From the NCBI GenBank assembly GCA_963677435.1, contig OY781945.1, positions 1,792,001 through 1,856,000 of the forward strand: a stretch of DNA of 64,000 nt, read 5' to 3'. The translations under genes and the position numbers were made by a program. Origin of the DNA: an uncultured Aliarcobacter sp. (GTDB lineage Bacteria > Campylobacterota > Campylobacteria > Campylobacterales > Arcobacteraceae). Within the stretch, counting starts at the first letter, position 1, and each line of letters begins with the position of its first letter. Positions 57,387-64,000 of this stretch are shown here, piece after piece. The notes beneath the pieces were generated by a model that saw only the letters and a list, made by a program, of their open reading frames with translations, was not told the DNA's origin and did not search any database.

Positions 57387-59117
57387 ATGAAAAATTTAAT
57401 AAAAAAAATTCCACAATTTCTTTTTTTCACAGGAAAAGGAGGAGTTGGAAAAACTTCTATGTCATGTGCGATTAGCATGGCTTTAGCAAAAGAGGGTAAA
57501 AAAGTACTTCTTATTTCAACAGATCCAGCTTCAAATTTAGATGAAGTATTAGATACAAAACTAAATTCAACTCCAACAATAGTAAATGGTGTAAAAAATC
57601 TTGAAGCGATGAATATAAATCCAGTTGTTGCAGCTTATGAATATAAAGAAAAGATGGTAGCTCCTTTTAGAGGAATTTTGCCACAAACTGCAATTGAGCA
57701 AATGGAAGAACAATTAAGTGGTGCTTGTACAGTTGAAATTGCGGGATTTAATGAGTTTTCAAAATATGTGGGTGATATTGATATTTCAAAGAATTATGAC
57801 CATATTATACTTGATACTGCTCCAACAGGACATACTTTAAGACTTTTAAAACTTCCAAGTGCTTGGAATAGTTTTATAGAAGAAAATAGCACTGGAAGTT
57901 CATGTTTAGGTGCAGTTTCAGGACTTAGTGAAAATAAAAAACTTTATGAAAATGTAGTAGAGAATCTTAAAAATAAAGATAAAACACTTTTAATTTTAGT
58001 TTCACGAGCTGAAGAATTATCTTTAATTGAAGCTTCAAAGGCGTCAATAGAATTAGCAAATCAAGGAATAAAAAATCAACACTTAATTATAAATGGAGTA
58101 TTTAAAGCAAATGATGAAGATAGTATCGCTAAAAGTTTTGAAGAAAAATCAAATAAAGCTTTAGAGAATGTTGATGAAATCATATCAAAACTTCCAAAAA
58201 CAATTATTGGTTTTTATCCAAATGGTGCAGTTGGACTTGAAGCATTAGAAAACATCATAAACAATACAATTCCTAAAGAGTTTGAAAATGCAACAGAAAT
58301 ATTACAAGACTCTTTAAAAGATATATTAGAAGATACTTATTCTTGGGATAGTTTGATTAATGATTTTGAAAATGATAAAAATGGTCTTATCATGACTATG
58401 GGAAAAGGTGGTGTTGGAAAAACTACAATAGCTTCAAATATTGCTTTAGAATTAGCAAAAAGAGGTCATAAAGTTGTACTTTCAACTACAGACCCAGCTT
58501 CACATTTAGAGTATGTTTCAAAAACAAATAAAAATTTAACTATTGAGAGAATTGACCCAAAAATAGAAACACAAAAGCATATAGATGAAGTAGTGGCTTT
58601 AAATGAAGGAAAAATATCTCCTGAAGATATGGCTCTTTTAAAAGAGGAATTAAGTACACCATGTATTGAAGAAATAGCTGTATTTAAAGCCTTTGCTAAA
58701 ACTGTATCGAAAGCAAAAGATAGTTTTGTAGTACTTGATACTGCTCCAACGGGACATACTTTACTTTTACTTGATGCTTCACAAGCCTATTATAAAGAAG
58801 TATTAAAAAATAAAAATGATGCTTTAGAAGAGGAGTTAATTGAACTTTTACCAAGAATAAAAGATGCGAAATATACTAAAATTTTACTTGTAACTCTTCC
58901 TGAAGCTACACCAACACACGAAGCAAAAGATTTACAAGAGGATTTAAAAAGAGCAGGAATAAAACCTTATGCTTGGATAATTAATAGAAGTTTTGCATTA
59001 ACAAATAGTTCAAATAATCTACTTTGTCAAAAAGCGTTGAATGAAATAAAATATATTAAAGAGATAAAAGAGAATTTAAGTTCAAAAACTTTACTTGAGC
59101 CTTGGGTGAAAGATTAA
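57387..59117 (+). CDS. arsA: Arsenical pump-driving ATPase
   Basis: Duplicated GKGGVGKT and DTAPTGHT motifs; SGACTVE. Confidence 0.96.
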   Translation: MKNLIKKIPQFLFFTGKGGVGKTSMSCAISMALAKEGKKVLLISTDPASNLDEVLDTKLNSTPTIVNGVKNLEAMNINPVVAAYEYKEKMVAPFRGILPQTAIEQMEEQLSGACTVEIAGFNEFSKYVGDIDISKNYDHIILDTAPTGHTLRLLKLPSAWNSFIEENSTGSSCLGAVSGLSENKKLYENVVENLKNKDKTLLILVSRAEELSLIEASKASIELANQGIKNQHLIINGVFKANDEDSIAKSFEEKSNKALENVDEIISKLPKTIIGFYPNGAVGLEALENIINNTIPKEFENATEILQDSLKDILEDTYSWDSLINDFENDKNGLIMTMGKGGVGKTTIASNIALELAKRGHKVVLSTTDPASHLEYVSKTNKNLTIERIDPKIETQKHIDEVVALNEGKISPEDMALLKEELSTPCIEEIAVFKAFAKTVSKAKDSFVVLDTAPTGHTLLLLDASQAYYKEVLKNKNDALEEELIELLPRIKDAKYTKILLVTLPEATPTHEAKDLQEDLKRAGIKPYAWIINRSFALTNSSNNLLCQKALNEIKYIKEIKENLSSKTLLEPWVKD

Positions 59118-59127
59118 ATATATTAAT

Positions 59128-59151
59128 AAAAGTCCTAAATCTAGGACTTTT
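59128..59151. terminator. Bidirectional hairpin between convergent genes
   Basis: AAAAGTCCTA-AATC-TAGGACTTTT. Confidence 0.7.
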
Positions 59152-59605
59152 ATCTTACTTTATTAGAAAGCTCTTTTAAAAAATTTATTTGAAAATCTTT
59201 TTTGATTGCATTTGGCTGATTAACTTCGATTTGATTCATAGCATCTTCGTAAGATGTACCTTTTGCTATTAAATAACTAGCTATTAAAGTCCCCGTTCTC
59301 CCTTTTCCACCTTGACAATGAATAGCAACTGGATTATTCTTTTGATTTTGTTCATCAATAAACCCTACTAATTTTTCTACTTGTTCAAATGTAGGTGCTT
59401 CATTATCAGCAACTGGAAGCCATAAGCTTTCAAAACCATTTGTATTATAAGTTTCTATATTACTATCATCTTCAAGTAAACAAACAATTGATTTAACTCC
59501 TTTATCAGAAAGATTTTTTAGATCTTTTTCTTCAGGAGCAGGCATACCATATAATTTATTAGGTAATACATTCCAAAGTTTTGAGATATGTGAATTATTA
59601 TCCAT
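59150..59605 (-). CDS. Dual-specificity/tyrosine phosphatase family protein
   Basis: HCQGGKGRTG (CX5R) and PVADNEAP loop. Confidence 0.9.
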   Translation of the reverse strand: MDNNSHISKLWNVLPNKLYGMPAPEEKDLKNLSDKGVKSIVCLLEDDSNIETYNTNGFESLWLPVADNEAPTFEQVEKLVGFIDEQNQKNNPVAIHCQGGKGRTGTLIASYLIAKGTSYEDAMNQIEVNQPNAIKKDFQINFLKELSNKVR

Positions 59606-59655
59606 TTTTTTCCTTTGTTAAAATTTATAGAATAATAGCAAAATTAAATTAATAT

Positions 59656-59671
59656 ATCAATATATCTTGAT
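59656..59671. promoter_or_regulatory. Putative ArsR operator 3
   Basis: ATCAATA-TA-TCTTGAT in the divergent intergenic region. Confidence 0.7.
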
Positions 59672-59723
59672 ATTTTGTTTTTCTTGTGCTATACTTTTAA
59701 ATAATTTGATTTAGGAGGTTAAT

Positions 59724-60686
59724 ATGTTTGACTGGTGGGAAAAAATTGTTGATAAATTAGTTTATGAAACTTGGGGAATGAATAGTGATAGTGCTGTTGG
59801 AAGTGCATTACATTTTTTTATATATGACACTATTAAAATTTTTATTCTTTTAATTGCTATTATTTTTTTAGTTAGTTTTTTAAGAACATATTTTAATACA
59901 GAAAAAGTAAGAGTTTATCTTCAGGGAAAAAGTGAATTTACTGGAAATATATTAGCTGCTTTATTTGGTATTATTACTCCATTTTGTTCATGTTCTGCAA
60001 TTCCGCTTTTTTTAGGATTTATGCAAGCAAGAATTCCAGTTGGAATTACTTTTAGTTTCCTTATTTCTGCACCTCTTAATAATGAAATAGCAATTGCTAT
60101 GTTATTTGGACTTTTTGGATGGGAAATTGCTGCTATTTACATTGGATTTGGTTTAGTTGTTGCTATTTTAGGAGGATATTTTATAGGAAAAATTCCAAAT
60201 ATTGAGAAATATATTCTAATTCCAGTTACTCCAATTGAGGGTGAATTACAAAATGTACAAATTAAATCATTCTTAAAACAAAGAGCTAAAGATGCTTGGG
60301 AATATACAATTGATATATTTAAAAAGATTTATTTGTATGTAATTATTGGTGTTGGAATAGGGGCATTTATTCATGGATATGTTCCTACTGAGTTTATAAC
60401 TAAATATGCGGGTGGTGATGTTTGGTATGCTGTACCAATGGCAGTTTTAATGGGAATTCCAATGTATTCAAATGCAGCTGGAGTTATGCCATTAATTGAA
60501 GTGCTTACAGCAAAAGGAATTTTATTAGGAACAGCATTAAGTTTTATGATGGCAGTAACAGCTCTTAGTCTTCCTGAAGCTATGATTTTAAAAAGAATTC
60601 TACATATTAAATTAATTGGAATCTTTTTTGGAATAGTAGGATTTGGTATACTTTTAGTTGGATATGTATTTAATGCAATTTTATAA
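59724..60686 (+). CDS. arsP: ArsP-like (DUF318) permease
   Basis: TPFCSCSAIP, GIPMYSNAAG, LSLPE. Confidence 0.85.
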   Translation: MFDWWEKIVDKLVYETWGMNSDSAVGSALHFFIYDTIKIFILLIAIIFLVSFLRTYFNTEKVRVYLQGKSEFTGNILAALFGIITPFCSCSAIPLFLGFMQARIPVGITFSFLISAPLNNEIAIAMLFGLFGWEIAAIYIGFGLVVAILGGYFIGKIPNIEKYILIPVTPIEGELQNVQIKSFLKQRAKDAWEYTIDIFKKIYLYVIIGVGIGAFIHGYVPTEFITKYAGGDVWYAVPMAVLMGIPMYSNAAGVMPLIEVLTAKGILLGTALSFMMAVTALSLPEAMILKRILHIKLIGIFFGIVGFGILLVGYVFNAIL

Positions 60687-60698
60687 AAAGGAGAGAGT

Positions 60699-61613
60699 AT
60701 GAAAAAAAGTTTATTATTACTTATTGCAAGTATAACTTTATGGGCAAATAATTATGATTTAAGACCCATAAAAATAACTAAAGATGTAAATTGTTTAATA
60801 GGCGATTTAAACTCTCCTACAAAACAAAATAATGGATTTATCTCAAATGTTTGTTATGTAAATATTGGAGATAGTATAGTTTTATTAGATTCAGGAGCTA
60901 CTTATTTATTTGCAAAAGAGTTAAATGATTTGATAAAAAAAGAGTATCCAAACAAAAAAGTTTCCCATGTGGTTTTGACAAATTTCCATGATGATAGAAT
61001 TCAAGGTGCATCATTTTTTAAAGATTTAGGTGCAAAAATTGTTGGATATAAAACTCTAAATGAAGATATAGAAGCAAATATCTCAAAGTTTGATAGAATG
61101 AAAGATTCTTTACCAAAAGAGATAGTAGAGGGAACAAAAGTTATCGAAGCTGATTTATTAGTTGATGATGGTTTTGAAATAAAAGGAAGCTCAAAAACTC
61201 TTAAAATTATAAAACCAAGTATTGTTAGTGAAGAAAAAAGCGATATAGCTGTTTTTAGTCAAGATGATAGTTTTATATTTGCTGGAAATATAGTTTTTAA
61301 TGGAAGATTATTAAACTATACAAAAAATTCAAATATTGATGGCTGGATAGAAGCTTTAGAAAAACTTGCAAGTTTAAATGCAAAATATCTTTTAGGTGGA
61401 CATGGAAAGCAGTATGATAAAGACTCATATAAAACTTCACTTGAATACCTACAAATCTTAAGGGATGATGTAAAAAAAGCTTATGAAGATGGTATTGAAA
61501 GTGATGTTGTTTCAAAACATGTAAATACTCAAAAATTTAATTATTTAGAAAATTTCACTGCTTTGAATCATTCAAATATTCAAAACTTTTTTGCCCAACT
61601 AGAGTGGCAATAA
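60699..61613 (+). CDS. Secreted metallo-beta-lactamase-fold protein (SoxH-like)
   Basis: Signal peptide; NGFISN, LDSG, TNFHDDR, GGHG. Confidence 0.8.
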   Translation: MKKSLLLLIASITLWANNYDLRPIKITKDVNCLIGDLNSPTKQNNGFISNVCYVNIGDSIVLLDSGATYLFAKELNDLIKKEYPNKKVSHVVLTNFHDDRIQGASFFKDLGAKIVGYKTLNEDIEANISKFDRMKDSLPKEIVEGTKVIEADLLVDDGFEIKGSSKTLKIIKPSIVSEEKSDIAVFSQDDSFIFAGNIVFNGRLLNYTKNSNIDGWIEALEKLASLNAKYLLGGHGKQYDKDSYKTSLEYLQILRDDVKKAYEDGIESDVVSKHVNTQKFNYLENFTALNHSNIQNFFAQLEWQ

Positions 61614-61641
61614 AAATTTAATTTAAAAAAAAGGAAAAATT

Positions 61642-61932
61642 ATGAAAATAGAAATATTAGGAACAGGTTGCTCTAAATGCAAAGCTTTAGAAGAAGCAAC
61701 AAAACAAGCAGTTGCAAAAGTTGGTGGATTTCACGAAGTTATAAAAGTAGAAGATGTAGTTAAAATTATGAACTATGGTGTTATGAGTACACCTGCTTTG
61801 GTAGTTGATGGAGTTGTTAAATCAACAGGTAAAATATTAGGTGTTGAAGAAATAGTTGCTTTTTTAAAAGGTGATGAATCTTGTTGTAGTACAAGTGAAA
61901 ATACACCTAGTGGATGTTGTGGAAATAAATAA
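61642..61932 (+). CDS. Small redox-active disulfide protein (thioredoxin fold) with Cys-rich tail
   Basis: ILGTGCSKC, YGVMSTPALVVDG, tail SCC...GCCG. Confidence 0.88.
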   Translation: MKIEILGTGCSKCKALEEATKQAVAKVGGFHEVIKVEDVVKIMNYGVMSTPALVVDGVVKSTGKILGVEEIVAFLKGDESCCSTSENTPSGCCGNK

Positions 61933-61985
61933 AGAATCATTTATACTATAAAAGATTTAATCTTAAATTACATAGATAGGGAAAA

Positions 61986-62057
61986 ATGATTCTGACACAA
62001 ACAGTTTTAAATACCAAAGGTGAAAAAGTGTACAGACATATTGGCGTTCTAAGTTGA
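61986..62057 (+). pseudogene. Remnant of a thioredoxin-like gene C terminus
   Basis: MILTQTVLNTKGEKVYRHIGVLS* resembles the PTQ...G..VYRHIG end of thioredoxin-like proteins. Confidence 0.45.
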
Positions 62058-62093
62058 GAAGGGATATAAAAATTAATTTAATAGGACAATATA

Positions 62094-62423
62094 TTGATAG
62101 GTAATTTAGGAATATTTTTTTTAGCAGCTTTTTTTGAAATATTTGGCTGTTTTGCTTTTTGGTTATATTTTAGACTTGAAAGAACTCCTTGGTGGATAGC
62201 ATTAGGAGTTGTTTCTTTGATTCTTTTTGCTTATGTTTTAACAAAAATTGATGTAGAAAATGCAGGAAGAGTTTATGCTATTTATGGTGGAATTTATATA
62301 ATAGCCTCTTTAATATGGCTTGTATTAGTTGAAAAAGAGAGTTTTAATAGATGGGATGTCATAGGTGCAAGTTTAGCAATGCTTGGAGCTTTTATTATAT
62401 TTATAGGAAATAAAAATGTTTAA
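62094..62423 (+). CDS. YnfA/UPF0060 family small membrane protein, copy 2
   Basis: Near-identical to 47231-47560. Confidence 0.9.
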   Translation: MIGNLGIFFLAAFFEIFGCFAFWLYFRLERTPWWIALGVVSLILFAYVLTKIDVENAGRVYAIYGGIYIIASLIWLVLVEKESFNRWDVIGASLAMLGAFIIFIGNKNV

Positions 62424-62994
62424 TAATTTAAGTCAACATAGAGCTATTTTAATAGTAGCACTTTTAAATTTTGGCTATTTTTTTGTGGAGTTTTTTGTCG
62501 CTTTAAATATTACATCAGTTTCATTATTTGCTGATAGTATTGATTTCTTAGAGGATGCTTTTACAAATTTCATAATTCTTTTTGGGCTTTATTTATCACT
62601 ACAGAATAGAATAAAATTAGGATATTTGCTTATAGGAATGATTTTTATTCCTTCCCTATTTACTTTGATATTTGCTATCAATCAATTTCTAAATCCAGTA
62701 TTAACCGATGGTGTTTTACTTTCTAGTTATGCATTTGGTGCATTAGTTATAAATATCTTTTGTGCCTTTTTAATAGCAAGATTTAAAAAAGCAAATAATT
62801 CTCTTTTACTTACAGCTTTTTATAGTGCAAGAAATGATGCACTAGCAAATATAGCAATGATAATAGCAGGAGTTATTACAATTTATACTACTTCTCACTA
62901 TCCAGATTTAATAGTTGGAATTTTGATATTTTTACTTAATCTTGATGCTAGTAAGGCTATTTATGAACAAATAAAAAAGGAAAAAACTAAATGA
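62416..62994 (+). CDS. Short CDF-type cation transporter lacking the C-terminal domain
   Basis: SLFADSIDFLED, ARNDALAN, YPDLIVG. Confidence 0.82.
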   Translation: MFNNLSQHRAILIVALLNFGYFFVEFFVALNITSVSLFADSIDFLEDAFTNFIILFGLYLSLQNRIKLGYLLIGMIFIPSLFTLIFAINQFLNPVLTDGVLLSSYAFGALVINIFCAFLIARFKKANNSLLLTAFYSARNDALANIAMIIAGVITIYTTSHYPDLIVGILIFLLNLDASKAIYEQIKKEKTK

Positions 62995-63923
62995 TAACAG
63001 ATAAAAAACAGATTTTACAAAAGGTCATATTTTTAAATATTTCTCTTGTAATTGCTGAGATAATAGCAGGAATTTATAGTAGTTCAATGGCATTAATAGC
63101 TGATGCTTTTCATAATCTTGGTGATATTATAGCTCTTTTTGTATCTTTAATTGCTATTATTTATGGAGCAAAAAAAGCAAGTGAATCCATGACTTTTGGA
63201 TATATTAAAGCCGAAATAATGGCAGCATTTATTAACTCACTTTTTCTAATTATCACAATGATTTTTATTTTAGTTGAATCAATTAATCGATTTTTAAATC
63301 CAACAGATATTAATGCTCCAATAGTTATTTTTGCTTCATTAATTGCTTTATTTATCAATGCATATAGTACTATTTTACTAAAACAAAATAATATAGAACA
63401 TCATCATGACCATGAAGATGTTGAAGATGAATCTCATCATGAATATGAAGATATGAATATCAAATCAGCTTACTTACACATGCTAGGTGATGCAATTATA
63501 TCTTTAAGTGTTGCTGTGGGTGGAGTAGTTATTTACTTTTTTGGTGTAGTGGCAATTGATAGTATATTATCTATTTTATTTTCTATCTATATTATTAAAG
63601 AGACTTTTCCTTTACTAAAAAAATCATTTTACTCTTTGATGGATTCAAATATTGATGATTTAAAGCAAATAGAAGCTCTAATTATAAATAGTGATTCTCA
63701 TATTTTATCAATTCATGATTTACATCTTTATAGACCAAATTCAATTGAATGTTATGGTTCTGCTCATATTGTTTTAAATGAAAATTTAAGTTTAATTGAA
63801 ATTGAGTCAATTTCAGAAAATATAAGGCTTGAACTCAAAGAAAAAGGGATTAATCATTTTATAATTCAACCCGAAAGTATCAAATATCATCATGATAATA
63901 TTGATTGTTTAATTCATTTATGA
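62991..63923 (+). CDS. CDF family Zn/Co/Cd exporter (CzcD/ZitB-like)
   Basis: ADAFHNLGD, His-rich loop, YLHMLGD, IHDLH. Confidence 0.92.
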   Translation: MITDKKQILQKVIFLNISLVIAEIIAGIYSSSMALIADAFHNLGDIIALFVSLIAIIYGAKKASESMTFGYIKAEIMAAFINSLFLIITMIFILVESINRFLNPTDINAPIVIFASLIALFINAYSTILLKQNNIEHHHDHEDVEDESHHEYEDMNIKSAYLHMLGDAIISLSVAVGGVVIYFFGVVAIDSILSILFSIYIIKETFPLLKKSFYSLMDSNIDDLKQIEALIINSDSHILSIHDLHLYRPNSIECYGSAHIVLNENLSLIEIESISENIRLELKEKGINHFIIQPESIKYHHDNIDCLIHL

Positions 63924-63950
63924 AGTAGTTAATATCTAAACTACTTCATA
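63919..63950. terminator. Hairpin after CDF gene
   Basis: TATGAAGTAGTT...AACTACTTCATA. Confidence 0.65.
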
Positions 63951-63955
63951 TTAAG

Positions 63956-64000
63956 TTAACCCTTTGATTTAAAAACTTTCCAAGCAGAAATAAGTAATAT
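63956..64000 (-). CDS. Possible 3' end of a membrane protein gene entering from beyond the window
   Basis: ...ILLISAWKVFKSKG* converging on the hairpin; only 15 codons visible. Confidence 0.35.
   Translation of the reverse strand: MLLISAWKVFKSKG

Noticed and set aside
62003..62055. AGTTT and AAGTT as possible matching target duplications
   Set aside because: No IR-like sequence precedes them, and the stretch translates as a thioredoxin-like remnant.
1..64000. tRNA, rRNA, integron attC or CRISPR features
   Set aside because: None recognised by eye; a covariance-model scan would be needed to exclude small RNAs.

Overview
AT-rich chromosomal window of a Campylobacterota bacterium. Gene content and order point to an Arcobacter/Aliarcobacter-like organism (inference). 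Positions 1-23.6 kb are mostly core genes: argG, trpD, tsaE, lptB, a c-di-GMP cyclase/phosphodiesterase pair, kdsB, polA, lgt, an RraA-GGCT-TPR operon, an ADP-ribosylglycohydrolase and the ovothiol synthase ovoA. At 23776 a comEC-like gene is cut by a nested heavy-metal resistance island that runs past the window end. Three related 54-55 bp transposon-like ends (23776-23829, 47138-47191 inverted, 54153-54207) divide it into three blocks. (i) A 23.4 kb copper/silver block with no transposase gene. It carries a hix-like res site, an antitoxin-Fic-PemK-resolvase operon, two Cu P1B-ATPases, cusCBA, a copA/copB (pco-like) pair and several small Met/His-rich proteins, and up to eight of its promoters share a direct-repeat motif. 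(ii) A cadmium/zinc block plus a Tn3-family tnpA. (iii) An arsenic block whose left end sits in the last codons of tnpA. Genes missed by the ORF track include a 32-aa candidate lipoprotein, a DUF2933-like protein, a truncated cytochrome c beside an IS3-like end, and a nonsense-disrupted arsC-like gene. No rRNA, tRNA or CRISPR array was seen. Family calls come from motif recognition only; no database search was run.
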